A DNA stretch of 58,765 nucleotides from Takakia lepidozioides. Lineage: Eukaryota > Plantae > Bryophyta. Both the position numbers and the translations under genes were made by a program. The notes under the pieces are model-generated. The model was not told the origin of the DNA. It saw nothing but the letters and a program-made list of their open reading frames with translations, and did not search any database. Location of the stretch: the NCBI GenBank assembly GCA_030704615.1, contig JAKLZA010000367.1:1-58765 (forward strand), in the 5' to 3' direction. Shown piece by piece: positions 40,301 through 55,300 of the stretch (its first letter is position 1; each line of letters begins with the position of its first letter).

Positions 40301-43300
40301 TGTTGTTTCAAAGCATTATCAACCCCATGCAACAGTAAAAAACAATCACATTAAAAACCAGCCTGCCCTCAAATATAAACAGGTCTGTTTGACTTATCAA
40401 AAGCAAGACATGGCCTTAAAACTTTGTGAAGTCCAAATCAGCACCCTGCCAGAATTAAAGGCATGCTCAACAGATATCAGCTAGCAGCAGGTTACATTCC
40501 TCAAGAGCCACAACGGGCTTTCAAAGAAAATTGTCTTTTACAACAGCCTTCTCAGGTACCCTGCAGAGTAGTTTACCAAGCAGAAAAGGAGAGATAGAGC
40601 TGTTGGAACTGATTGTAAGGCATGCAACATGGTCACAAATTTATTTTCTTTTAAAGAACGTCCACCACCCATCAGCCAGACAGGTGTAAACATGCCATGG
40701 AACATAAATTAAGCCTGGAGATATCACTCCAGAACCAACTTACAACCAATATAAATGTGACTGATTTATTACACCATGCTTAAACACTTGCATAGTAGTT
40801 TCTAAGTAAGAGAAACGTACATAGGGCTGTATGGGCATTAAGAAAGAGAACATCAGGTCTTGATGTGTTGTTTCAAAGCATTATCAACCCCATGCAACAG
40901 TAAAAAACAATCACATTAAAAACCAGCCTGCCCTCAAATATAAACAGGTCTGTTTGACTTATCAAAAGCAAGACATGGCCTTAAAACTTTGTGAAGTCCA
41001 AATCAGCACCCTGCCAGAATTAAAGGCATGCTCAACAGATATCAGCTAGCAGCAGGTTACATTCCTCAAGAGCCACAACGGGCTTTCAAAGAAAATTGTC
41101 TTTTACAACAGCCTTCTCAGGTACCCTGCAGAGTAGTTTACCAAGCAGAAAAGGAGAGATAGAGCTGTTGGAACTGATTGTAAGGCATGCAACATGGTCA
41201 CAAATTTATTTTCTTTTAAAGAACGTCCACCACCCATCAGCCAGACAGGTGTAAACATGCCATGGAACATAAATTAAGCCTGGAGATATCACTCCAGAAC
41301 CAACTTACAACCAATATAAATGTGACTGATTTATTACACCATGCTTAAACACTTGCATAGTAGTTTCTAAGTAAGAGAAACGTACATAGGGCTGTATGGG
41401 CATTAAGAAAGAGAACATCAGGTCTTGATGTGTTGTTTCAAAGCATTATCAACCCCATGCAACAGTAAAAAACAATCACATTAAAAACCAGCCTGCCCTC
41501 AAATATAAACAGGTCTGTTTGACTTATCAAAAGCAAGACATGGCCTTAAAACTTTGTGAAGTCCAAATCAGCACCCTGCCAGAATTAAAGGCATGCTCAA
41601 CAGATATCAGCTAGCAGCAGGTTACATTCCTCAAGAGCCACAACGGGCTTTCAAAGAAAATTGTCTTTTACAACAGCCTTCTCAGGTACCCTGCAGAGTA
41701 GTTTACCAAGCAGAAAAGGAGAGATAGAGCTGTTGGAACTGATTGTAAGGCATGCAACATGGTCACAAATTTATTTTCTTTTAAAGAACGTCCACCACCC
41801 ATCAGCCAGACAGGTGTAAACATGCCATGGAACATAAATTAAGCCTGGAGATATCACTCCAGAACCAACTTACAACCAATATAAATGTGACTGATTTATT
41901 ACACCATGCTTAAACACTTGCATAGTAGTTTCTAAGTAAGAGAAACGTACATAGGGCTGTATGGGCATTAAGAAAGAGAACATCAGGTCTTGATGTGTTG
42001 TTTCAAAGCATTATCAACCCCATGCAACAGTAAAAAACAATCACATTAAAAACCAGCCTGCCCTCAAATATAAACAGGTCTGTTTGACTTATCAAAAGCA
42101 AGACATGGCCTTAAAACTTTGTGAAGTCCAAATCAGCACCCTGCCAGAATTAAAGGCATGCTCAACAGATATCAGCTAGCAGCAGGTTACATTCCTCAAG
42201 AGCCACAACGGGCTTTCAAAGAAAATTGTCTTTTACAACAGCCTTCTCAGGTACCCTGCAGAGTAGTTTACCAAGCAGAAAAGGAGAGATAGAGCTGTTG
42301 GAACTGATTGTAAGGCATGCAACATGGTCACAAATTTATTTTCTTTTAAAGAACGTCCACCACCCATCAGCCAGACAGGTGTAAACATGCCATGGAACAT
42401 AAATTAAGCCTGGAGATATCACTCCAGAACCAACTTACAACCAATATAAATGTGACTGATTTATTACACCATGCTTAAACACTTGCATAGTAGTTTCTAA
42501 GTAAGAGAAACGTACATAGGGCTGTATGGGCATTAAGAAAGAGAACATCAGGTCTTGATGTGTTGTTTCAAAGCATTATCAACCCCATGCAACAGTAAAA
42601 AACAATCACATTAAAAACCAGCCTGCCCTCAAATATAAACAGGTCTGTTTGACTTATCAAAAGCAAGACATGGCCTTAAAACTTTGTGAAGTCCAAATCA
42701 GCACCCTGCCAGAATTAAAGGCATGCTCAACAGATATCAGCTAGCAGCAGGTTACATTCCTCAAGAGCCACAACGGGCTTTCAAAGAAAATTGTCTTTTA
42801 CAACAGCCTTCTCAGGTACCCTGCAGAGTAGTTTACCAAGCAGAAAAGGAGAGATAGAGCTGTTGGAACTGATTGTAAGGCATGCAACATGGTCACAAAT
42901 TTATTTTCTTTTAAAGAACGTCCACCACCCATCAGCCAGACAGGTGTAAACATGCCATGGAACATAAATTAAGCCTGGAGATATCACTCCAGAACCAACT
43001 TACAACCAATATAAATGTGACTGATTTATTACACCATGCTTAAACACTTGCATAGTAGTTTCTAAGTAAGAGAAACGTACATAGGGCTGTATGGGCATTA
43101 AGAAAGAGAACATCAGGTCTTGATGTGTTGTTTCAAAGCATTATCAACCCCATGCAACAGTAAAAAACAATCACATTAAAAACCAGCCTGCCCTCAAATA
43201 TAAACAGGTCTGTTTGACTTATCAAAAGCAAGACATGGCCTTAAAACTTTGTGAAGTCCAAATCAGCACCCTGCCAGAATTAAAGGCATGCTCAACAGAT

Positions 43301-46300
43301 ATCAGCTAGCAGCAGGTTACATTCCTCAAGAGCCACAACGGGCTTTCAAAGAAAATTGTCTTTTACAACAGCCTTCTCAGGTACCCTGCAGAGTAGTTTA
43401 CCAAGCAGAAAAGGAGAGATAGAGCTGTTGGAACTGATTGTAAGGCATGCAACATGGTCACAAATTTATTTTCTTTTAAAGAACGTCCACCACCCATCAG
43501 CCAGACAGGTGTAAACATGCCATGGAACATAAATTAAGCCTGGAGATATCACTCCAGAACCAACTTACAACCAATATAAATGTGACTGATTTATTACACC
43601 ATGCTTAAACACTTGCATAGTAGTTTCTAAGTAAGAGAAACGTACATAGGGCTGTATGGGCATTAAGAAAGAGAACATCAGGTCTTGATGTGTTGTTTCA
43701 AAGCATTATCAACCCCATGCAACAGTAAAAAACAATCACATTAAAAACCAGCCTGCCCTCAAATATAAACAGGTCTGTTTGACTTATCAAAAGCAAGACA
43801 TGGCCTTAAAACTTTGTGAAGTCCAAATCAGCACCCTGCCAGAATTAAAGGCATGCTCAACAGATATCAGCTAGCAGCAGGTTACATTCCTCAAGAGCCA
43901 CAACGGGCTTTCAAAGAAAATTGTCTTTTACAACAGCCTTCTCAGGTACCCTGCAGAGTAGTTTACCAAGCAGAAAAGGAGAGATAGAGCTGTTGGAACT
44001 GATTGTAAGGCATGCAACATGGTCACAAATTTATTTTCTTTTAAAGAACGTCCACCACCCATCAGCCAGACAGGTGTAAACATGCCATGGAACATAAATT
44101 AAGCCTGGAGATATCACTCCAGAACCAACTTACAACCAATATAAATGTGACTGATTTATTACACCATGCTTAAACACTTGCATAGTAGTTTCTAAGTAAG
44201 AGAAACGTACATAGGGCTGTATGGGCATTAAGAAAGAGAACATCAGGTCTTGATGTGTTGTTTCAAAGCATTATCAACCCCATGCAACAGTAAAAAACAA
44301 TCACATTAAAAACCAGCCTGCCCTCAAATATAAACAGGTCTGTTTGACTTATCAAAAGCAAGACATGGCCTTAAAACTTTGTGAAGTCCAAATCAGCACC
44401 CTGCCAGAATTAAAGGCATGCTCAACAGATATCAGCTAGCAGCAGGTTACATTCCTCAAGAGCCACAACGGGCTTTCAAAGAAAATTGTCTTTTACAACA
44501 GCCTTCTCAGGTACCCTGCAGAGTAGTTTACCAAGCAGAAAAGGAGAGATAGAGCTGTTGGAACTGATTGTAAGGCATGCAACATGGTCACAAATTTATT
44601 TTCTTTTAAAGAACGTCCACCACCCATCAGCCAGACAGGTGTAAACATGCCATGGAACATAAATTAAGCCTGGAGATATCACTCCAGAACCAACTTACAA
44701 CCAATATAAATGTGACTGATTTATTACACCATGCTTAAACACTTGCATAGTAGTTTCTAAGTAAGAGAAACGTACATAGGGCTGTATGGGCATTAAGAAA
44801 GAGAACATCAGGTCTTGATGTGTTGTTTCAAAGCATTATCAACCCCATGCAACAGTAAAAAACAATCACATTAAAAACCAGCCTGCCCTCAAATATAAAC
44901 AGGTCTGTTTGACTTATCAAAAGCAAGACATGGCCTTAAAACTTTGTGAAGTCCAAATCAGCACCCTGCCAGAATTAAAGGCATGCTCAACAGATATCAG
45001 CTAGCAGCAGGTTACATTCCTCAAGAGCCACAACGGGCTTTCAAAGAAAATTGTCTTTTACAACAGCCTTCTCAGGTACCCTGCAGAGTAGTTTACCAAG
45101 CAGAAAAGGAGAGATAGAGCTGTTGGAACTGATTGTAAGGCATGCAACATGGTCACAAATTTATTTTCTTTTAAAGAACGTCCACCACCCATCAGCCAGA
45201 CAGGTGTAAACATGCCATGGAACATAAATTAAGCCTGGAGATATCACTCCAGAACCAACTTACAACCAATATAAATGTGACTGATTTATTACACCATGCT
45301 TAAACACTTGCATAGTAGTTTCTAAGTAAGAGAAACGTACATAGGGCTGTATGGGCATTAAGAAAGAGAACATCAGGTCTTGATGTGTTGTTTCAAAGCA
45401 TTATCAACCCCATGCAACAGTAAAAAACAATCACATTAAAAACCAGCCTGCCCTCAAATATAAACAGGTCTGTTTGACTTATCAAAAGCAAGACATGGCC
45501 TTAAAACTTTGTGAAGTCCAAATCAGCACCCTGCCAGAATTAAAGGCATGCTCAACAGATATCAGCTAGCAGCAGGTTACATTCCTCAAGAGCCACAACG
45601 GGCTTTCAAAGAAAATTGTCTTTTACAACAGCCTTCTCAGGTACCCTGCAGAGTAGTTTACCAAGCAGAAAAGGAGAGATAGAGCTGTTGGAACTGATTG
45701 TAAGGCATGCAACATGGTCACAAATTTATTTTCTTTTAAAGAACGTCCACCACCCATCAGCCAGACAGGTGTAAACATGCCATGGAACATAAATTAAGCC
45801 TGGAGATATCACTCCAGAACCAACTTACAACCAATATAAATGTGACTGATTTATTACACCATGCTTAAACACTTGCATAGTAGTTTCTAAGTAAGAGAAA
45901 CGTACATAGGGCTGTATGGGCATTAAGAAAGAGAACATCAGGTCTTGATGTGTTGTTTCAAAGCATTATCAACCCCATGCAACAGTAAAAAACAATCACA
46001 TTAAAAACCAGCCTGCCCTCAAATATAAACAGGTCTGTTTGACTTATCAAAAGCAAGACATGGCCTTAAAACTTTGTGAAGTCCAAATCAGCACCCTGCC
46101 AGAATTAAAGGCATGCTCAACAGATATCAGCTAGCAGCAGGTTACATTCCTCAAGAGCCACAACGGGCTTTCAAAGAAAATTGTCTTTTACAACAGCCTT
46201 CTCAGGTACCCTGCAGAGTAGTTTACCAAGCAGAAAAGGAGAGATAGAGCTGTTGGAACTGATTGTAAGGCATGCAACATGGTCACAAATTTATTTTCTT

Positions 46301-49300
46301 TTAAAGAACGTCCACCACCCATCAGCCAGACAGGTGTAAACATGCCATGGAACATAAATTAAGCCTGGAGATATCACTCCAGAACCAACTTACAACCAAT
46401 ATAAATGTGACTGATTTATTACACCATGCTTAAACACTTGCATAGTAGTTTCTAAGTAAGAGAAACGTACATAGGGCTGTATGGGCATTAAGAAAGAGAA
46501 CATCAGGTCTTGATGTGTTGTTTCAAAGCATTATCAACCCCATGCAACAGTAAAAAACAATCACATTAAAAACCAGCCTGCCCTCAAATATAAACAGGTC
46601 TGTTTGACTTATCAAAAGCAAGACATGGCCTTAAAACTTTGTGAAGTCCAAATCAGCACCCTGCCAGAATTAAAGGCATGCTCAACAGATATCAGCTAGC
46701 AGCAGGTTACATTCCTCAAGAGCCACAACGGGCTTTCAAAGAAAATTGTCTTTTACAACAGCCTTCTCAGGTACCCTGCAGAGTAGTTTACCAAGCAGAA
46801 AAGGAGAGATAGAGCTGTTGGAACTGATTGTAAGGCATGCAACATGGTCACAAATTTATTTTCTTTTAAAGAACGTCCACCACCCATCAGCCAGACAGGT
46901 GTAAACATGCCATGGAACATAAATTAAGCCTGGAGATATCACTCCAGAACCAACTTACAACCAATATAAATGTGACTGATTTATTACACCATGCTTAAAC
47001 ACTTGCATAGTAGTTTCTAAGTAAGAGAAACGTACATAGGGCTGTATGGGCATTAAGAAAGAGAACATCAGGTCTTGATGTGTTGTTTCAAAGCATTATC
47101 AACCCCATGCAACAGTAAAAAACAATCACATTAAAAACCAGCCTGCCCTCAAATATAAACAGGTCTGTTTGACTTATCAAAAGCAAGACATGGCCTTAAA
47201 ACTTTGTGAAGTCCAAATCAGCACCCTGCCAGAATTAAAGGCATGCTCAACAGATATCAGCTAGCAGCAGGTTACATTCCTCAAGAGCCACAACGGGCTT
47301 TCAAAGAAAATTGTCTTTTACAACAGCCTTCTCAGGTACCCTGCAGAGTAGTTTACCAAGCAGAAAAGGAGAGATAGAGCTGTTGGAACTGATTGTAAGG
47401 CATGCAACATGGTCACAAATTTATTTTCTTTTAAAGAACGTCCACCACCCATCAGCCAGACAGGTGTAAACATGCCATGGAACATAAATTAAGCCTGGAG
47501 ATATCACTCCAGAACCAACTTACAACCAATATAAATGTGACTGATTTATTACACCATGCTTAAACACTTGCATAGTAGTTTCTAAGTAAGAGAAACGTAC
47601 ATAGGGCTGTATGGGCATTAAGAAAGAGAACATCAGGTCTTGATGTGTTGTTTCAAAGCATTATCAACCCCATGCAACAGTAAAAAACAATCACATTAAA
47701 AACCAGCCTGCCCTCAAATATAAACAGGTCTGTTTGACTTATCAAAAGCAAGACATGGCCTTAAAACTTTGTGAAGTCCAAATCAGCACCCTGCCAGAAT
47801 TAAAGGCATGCTCAACAGATATCAGCTAGCAGCAGGTTACATTCCTCAAGAGCCACAACGGGCTTTCAAAGAAAATTGTCTTTTACAACAGCCTTCTCAG
47901 GTACCCTGCAGAGTAGTTTACCAAGCAGAAAAGGAGAGATAGAGCTGTTGGAACTGATTGTAAGGCATGCAACATGGTCACAAATTTATTTTCTTTTAAA
48001 GAACGTCCACCACCCATCAGCCAGACAGGTGTAAACATGCCATGGAACATAAATTAAGCCTGGAGATATCACTCCAGAACCAACTTACAACCAATATAAA
48101 TGTGACTGATTTATTACACCATGCTTAAACACTTGCATAGTAGTTTCTAAGTAAGAGAAACGTACATAGGGCTGTATGGGCATTAAGAAAGAGAACATCA
48201 GGTCTTGATGTGTTGTTTCAAAGCATTATCAACCCCATGCAACAGTAAAAAACAATCACATTAAAAACCAGCCTGCCCTCAAATATAAACAGGTCTGTTT
48301 GACTTATCAAAAGCAAGACATGGCCTTAAAACTTTGTGAAGTCCAAATCAGCACCCTGCCAGAATTAAAGGCATGCTCAACAGATATCAGCTAGCAGCAG
48401 GTTACATTCCTCAAGAGCCACAACGGGCTTTCAAAGAAAATTGTCTTTTACAACAGCCTTCTCAGGTACCCTGCAGAGTAGTTTACCAAGCAGAAAAGGA
48501 GAGATAGAGCTGTTGGAACTGATTGTAAGGCATGCAACATGGTCACAAATTTATTTTCTTTTAAAGAACGTCCACCACCCATCAGCCAGACAGGTGTAAA
48601 CATGCCATGGAACATAAATTAAGCCTGGAGATATCACTCCAGAACCAACTTACAACCAATATAAATGTGACTGATTTATTACACCATGCTTAAACACTTG
48701 CATAGTAGTTTCTAAGTAAGAGAAACGTACATAGGGCTGTATGGGCATTAAGAAAGAGAACATCAGGTCTTGATGTGTTGTTTCAAAGCATTATCAACCC
48801 CATGCAACAGTAAAAAACAATCACATTAAAAACCAGCCTGCCCTCAAATATAAACAGGTCTGTTTGACTTATCAAAAGCAAGACATGGCCTTAAAACTTT
48901 GTGAAGTCCAAATCAGCACCCTGCCAGAATTAAAGGCATGCTCAACAGATATCAGCTAGCAGCAGGTTACATTCCTCAAGAGCCACAACGGGCTTTCAAA
49001 GAAAATTGTCTTTTACAACAGCCTTCTCAGGTACCCTGCAGAGTAGTTTACCAAGCAGAAAAGGAGAGATAGAGCTGTTGGAACTGATTGTAAGGCATGC
49101 AACATGGTCACAAATTTATTTTCTTTTAAAGAACGTCCACCACCCATCAGCCAGACAGGTGTAAACATGCCATGGAACATAAATTAAGCCTGGAGATATC
49201 ACTCCAGAACCAACTTACAACCAATATAAATGTGACTGATTTATTACACCATGCTTAAACACTTGCATAGTAGTTTCTAAGTAAGAGAAACGTACATAGG

Positions 49301-52300
49301 GCTGTATGGGCATTAAGAAAGAGAACATCAGGTCTTGATGTGTTGTTTCAAAGCATTATCAACCCCATGCAACAGTAAAAAACAATCACATTAAAAACCA
49401 GCCTGCCCTCAAATATAAACAGGTCTGTTTGACTTATCAAAAGCAAGACATGGCCTTAAAACTTTGTGAAGTCCAAATCAGCACCCTGCCAGAATTAAAG
49501 GCATGCTCAACAGATATCAGCTAGCAGCAGGTTACATTCCTCAAGAGCCACAACGGGCTTTCAAAGAAAATTGTCTTTTACAACAGCCTTCTCAGGTACC
49601 CTGCAGAGTAGTTTACCAAGCAGAAAAGGAGAGATAGAGCTGTTGGAACTGATTGTAAGGCATGCAACATGGTCACAAATTTATTTTCTTTTAAAGAACG
49701 TCCACCACCCATCAGCCAGACAGGTGTAAACATGCCATGGAACATAAATTAAGCCTGGAGATATCACTCCAGAACCAACTTACAACCAATATAAATGTGA
49801 CTGATTTATTACACCATGCTTAAACACTTGCATAGTAGTTTCTAAGTAAGAGAAACGTACATAGGGCTGTATGGGCATTAAGAAAGAGAACATCAGGTCT
49901 TGATGTGTTGTTTCAAAGCATTATCAACCCCATGCAACAGTAAAAAACAATCACATTAAAAACCAGCCTGCCCTCAAATATAAACAGGTCTGTTTGACTT
50001 ATCAAAAGCAAGACATGGCCTTAAAACTTTGTGAAGTCCAAATCAGCACCCTGCCAGAATTAAAGGCATGCTCAACAGATATCAGCTAGCAGCAGGTTAC
50101 ATTCCTCAAGAGCCACAACGGGCTTTCAAAGAAAATTGTCTTTTACAACAGCCTTCTCAGGTACCCTGCAGAGTAGTTTACCAAGCAGAAAAGGAGAGAT
50201 AGAGCTGTTGGAACTGATTGTAAGGCATGCAACATGGTCACAAATTTATTTTCTTTTAAAGAACGTCCACCACCCATCAGCCAGACAGGTGTAAACATGC
50301 CATGGAACATAAATTAAGCCTGGAGATATCACTCCAGAACCAACTTACAACCAATATAAATGTGACTGATTTATTACACCATGCTTAAACACTTGCATAG
50401 TAGTTTCTAAGTAAGAGAAACGTACATAGGGCTGTATGGGCATTAAGAAAGAGAACATCAGGTCTTGATGTGTTGTTTCAAAGCATTATCAACCCCATGC
50501 AACAGTAAAAAACAATCACATTAAAAACCAGCCTGCCCTCAAATATAAACAGGTCTGTTTGACTTATCAAAAGCAAGACATGGCCTTAAAACTTTGTGAA
50601 GTCCAAATCAGCACCCTGCCAGAATTAAAGGCATGCTCAACAGATATCAGCTAGCAGCAGGTTACATTCCTCAAGAGCCACAACGGGCTTTCAAAGAAAA
50701 TTGTCTTTTACAACAGCCTTCTCAGGTACCCTGCAGAGTAGTTTACCAAGCAGAAAAGGAGAGATAGAGCTGTTGGAACTGATTGTAAGGCATGCAACAT
50801 GGTCACAAATTTATTTTCTTTTAAAGAACGTCCACCACCCATCAGCCAGACAGGTGTAAACATGCCATGGAACATAAATTAAGCCTGGAGATATCACTCC
50901 AGAACCAACTTACAACCAATATAAATGTGACTGATTTATTACACCATGCTTAAACACTTGCATAGTAGTTTCTAAGTAAGAGAAACGTACATAGGGCTGT
51001 ATGGGCATTAAGAAAGAGAACATCAGGTCTTGATGTGTTGTTTCAAAGCATTATCAACCCCATGCAACAGTAAAAAACAATCACATTAAAAACCAGCCTG
51101 CCCTCAAATATAAACAGGTCTGTTTGACTTATCAAAAGCAAGACATGGCCTTAAAACTTTGTGAAGTCCAAATCAGCACCCTGCCAGAATTAAAGGCATG
51201 CTCAACAGATATCAGCTAGCAGCAGGTTACATTCCTCAAGAGCCACAACGGGCTTTCAAAGAAAATTGTCTTTTACAACAGCCTTCTCAGGTACCCTGCA
51301 GAGTAGTTTACCAAGCAGAAAAGGAGAGATAGAGCTGTTGGAACTGATTGTAAGGCATGCAACATGGTCACAAATTTATTTTCTTTTAAAGAACGTCCAC
51401 CACCCATCAGCCAGACAGGTGTAAACATGCCATGGAACATAAATTAAGCCTGGAGATATCACTCCAGAACCAACTTACAACCAATATAAATGTGACTGAT
51501 TTATTACACCATGCTTAAACACTTGCATAGTAGTTTCTAAGTAAGAGAAACGTACATAGGGCTGTATGGGCATTAAGAAAGAGAACATCAGGTCTTGATG
51601 TGTTGTTTCAAAGCATTATCAACCCCATGCAACAGTAAAAAACAATCACATTAAAAACCAGCCTGCCCTCAAATATAAACAGGTCTGTTTGACTTATCAA
51701 AAGCAAGACATGGCCTTAAAACTTTGTGAAGTCCAAATCAGCACCCTGCCAGAATTAAAGGCATGCTCAACAGATATCAGCTAGCAGCAGGTTACATTCC
51801 TCAAGAGCCACAACGGGCTTTCAAAGAAAATTGTCTTTTACAACAGCCTTCTCAGGTACCCTGCAGAGTAGTTTACCAAGCAGAAAAGGAGAGATAGAGC
51901 TGTTGGAACTGATTGTAAGGCATGCAACATGGTCACAAATTTATTTTCTTTTAAAGAACGTCCACCACCCATCAGCCAGACAGGTGTAAACATGCCATGG
52001 AACATAAATTAAGCCTGGAGATATCACTCCAGAACCAACTTACAACCAATATAAATGTGACTGATTTATTACACCATGCTTAAACACTTGCATAGTAGTT
52101 TCTAAGTAAGAGAAACGTACATAGGGCTGTATGGGCATTAAGAAAGAGAACATCAGGTCTTGATGTGTTGTTTCAAAGCATTATCAACCCCATGCAACAG
52201 TAAAAAACAATCACATTAAAAACCAGCCTGCCCTCAAATATAAACAGGTCTGTTTGACTTATCAAAAGCAAGACATGGCCTTAAAACTTTGTGAAGTCCA

Positions 52301-55300
52301 AATCAGCACCCTGCCAGAATTAAAGGCATGCTCAACAGATATCAGCTAGCAGCAGGTTACATTCCTCAAGAGCCACAACGGGCTTTCAAAGAAAATTGTC
52401 TTTTACAACAGCCTTCTCAGGTACCCTGCAGAGTAGTTTACCAAGCAGAAAAGGAGAGATAGAGCTGTTGGAACTGATTGTAAGGCATGCAACATGGTCA
52501 CAAATTTATTTTCTTTTAAAGAACGTCCACCACCCATCAGCCAGACAGGTGTAAACATGCCATGGAACATAAATTAAGCCTGGAGATATCACTCCAGAAC
52601 CAACTTACAACCAATATAAATGTGACTGATTTATTACACCATGCTTAAACACTTGCATAGTAGTTTCTAAGTAAGAGAAACGTACATAGGGCTGTATGGG
52701 CATTAAGAAAGAGAACATCAGGTCTTGATGTGTTGTTTCAAAGCATTATCAACCCCATGCAACAGTAAAAAAACAATCACATTAAAAACCAGCCTGCCCT
52801 CAAATATAAACAGGTCTGTTTGACTTATCAAAAGCAAGACATGGCCTTAAAACTTTGTGAAGTCCAAATCAGCACCCTGCCAGAATTAAAGGCATGCTCA
52901 ACAGATATCAGCTAGCAGCAGGTTACATTCCTCAAGAGCCACAACGGGCTTTCAAAGAAAATTGTCTTTTACAACAGCCTTCTCAGGTACCCTGCAGAGT
53001 AGTTTACCAAGCAGAAAAGGAGAGATAGAGCTGTTGGAACTGATTGTAAGGCATGCAACATGGTCACAAATTTATTTTCTTTTAAAAACGTCCACCACCC
53101 ATCAGCCAGACAGGTGTAAACATGCCATGGAACATAAATTAAGCCTGGAGATATCACTCCAGAACCAACTTACAACCAATATAAATGTGACTGATTTATT
53201 ACACCATGCTTAAACACTTGCATAGTAGTTTCTAAGTAAGAGAAACGTACATAGGGCTGTATGGGCATTAAGAAAGAGAACATCAGGTCTTGATGTGTTG
53301 TTTCAAAGCATTATCAACCCCATGCAACAGTAAAAAACAATCACATTAAAAACCAGCCTGCCCTCAAATATAAACAGGTCTGTTTGACTTATCAAAAGCA
53401 AGACATGGCCTTAAAACTTTGTGAAGTCCAAATCAGCACCCTGCCAGAATTAAAGGCATGCTCAACAGATATCAGCTAGCAGCAGGTTACATTCCTCAAG
53501 AGCCACAACGGGCTTTCAAAGAAAATTGTCTTTTACAACAGCCTTCTCAGGTACCCTGCAGAGTAGTTTACCAAGCAGAAAAGGAGAGATAGAGCTGTTG
53601 GAACTGATTGTAAGGCATGCAACATGGTCACAAATTTATTTTCTTTTAAAGAACGTCCACCACCCATCAGCCAGACAGGTGTAAACATGCCATGGAACAT
53701 AAATTAAGCCTGGAGATATCACTCCAGAACCAACTTACAACCAATATAAATGTGACTGATTTATTACACCATGCTTAAACACTTGCATAGTAGTTTCTAA
53801 GTAAGAGAAACGTACATAGGGCTGTATGGGCATTAAGAAAGAGAACATCAGGTCTTGATGTGTTGTTTCAAAGCATTATCAACCCCATGCAACAGTAAAA
53901 AACAATCACATTAAAAACCAGCCTGCCCTCAAATATAAACAGGTCTGTTTGACTTATCAAAAGCAAGACATGGCCTTAAAACTTTGTGAAGTCCAAATCA
54001 GCACCCTGCCAGAATTAAAGGCATGCTCAACAGATATCAGCTAGCAGCAGGTTACATTCCTCAAGAGCCACAACGGGCTTTCAAAGAAAATTGTCTTTTA
54101 CAACAGCCTTCTCAGGTACCCTGCAGAGTAGTTTACCAAGCAGAAAAGGAGAGATAGAGCTGTTGGAACTGATTGTAAGGCATGCAACATGGTCACAAAT
54201 TTATTTTCTTTTAAAGAACGTCCACCACCCATCAGCCAGACAGGTGTAAACATGCCATGGAACATAAATTAAGCCTGGAGATATCACTCCAGAACCAACT
54301 TACAACCAATATAAATGTGACTGATTTATTACACCATGCTTAAACACTTGCATAGTAGTTTCTAAGTAAGAGAAACGTACATAGGGCTGTATGGGCATTA
54401 AGAAAGAGAACATCAGGTCTTGATGTGTTGTTTCAAAGCATTATCAACCCCATGCAACAGTAAAAAAACAACATTAAAAACCAGCCTGCCCTCAAATATA
54501 AACAGGTCTGTTTGACTTATCAAAAGCAAGACATGGCCTTAAAACTTTGTGAAGTCCAAATCAGCACCCTGCCAGAATTAAAGGCATGCTCAACAGATAT
54601 CAGCTAGCAGCAGGTTACATTCCTCAAGAGCCACAACGGGCTTTCAAAGAAATTGTCTTTTACAACAGCCTTCTCAGGTACCCTGCAGAGTAGTTTACCA
54701 AGCAGAAAAGGAGAGATAGAGCTGTTGGAACTGATTGTAAGGCATGCAACATGGTCACAAATTTATTTTCTTTTAAAGAACGTCCACCACCCATCAGCCA
54801 GACAGGTGTAAACATGCCATGGAACATAAATTAAGCCTGGAGATATCACTCCAGAACCAACTTACAACCAATATAAATGTGACTGATTTATTACACCATG
54901 CTTAAACACTTGCATAGTAGTTTCTAAGTAAGAGAAACGTACATAGGGCTGTATGGGCATTAAGAAAGAGAACATCAGGTCTTGATGTGTTGTTTCAAAG
55001 CATTATCAACCCCATGCAACAGTAAAAAAACAATCACATTAAAAACCAGCCTGCCCTCAAATATAAACAGGTCTGTTTGACTTATCAAAAGCAAGACATG
55101 GCCTTAAAACTTTGTGAAGTCCAAATCAGCACCCTGCCAGAATTAAAGGCATGCTCAACAGATATCAGCTAGCAGCAGGTTACATTCCTCAAGAGCCACA
55201 ACGGGCTTTCAAAGAAAATTGTCTTTTACAACAGCCTTCTCAGGTACCCTGCAGAGTAGTTTACCAAGCAGAAAAGGAGAGATAGAGCTGTTGGAACTGA

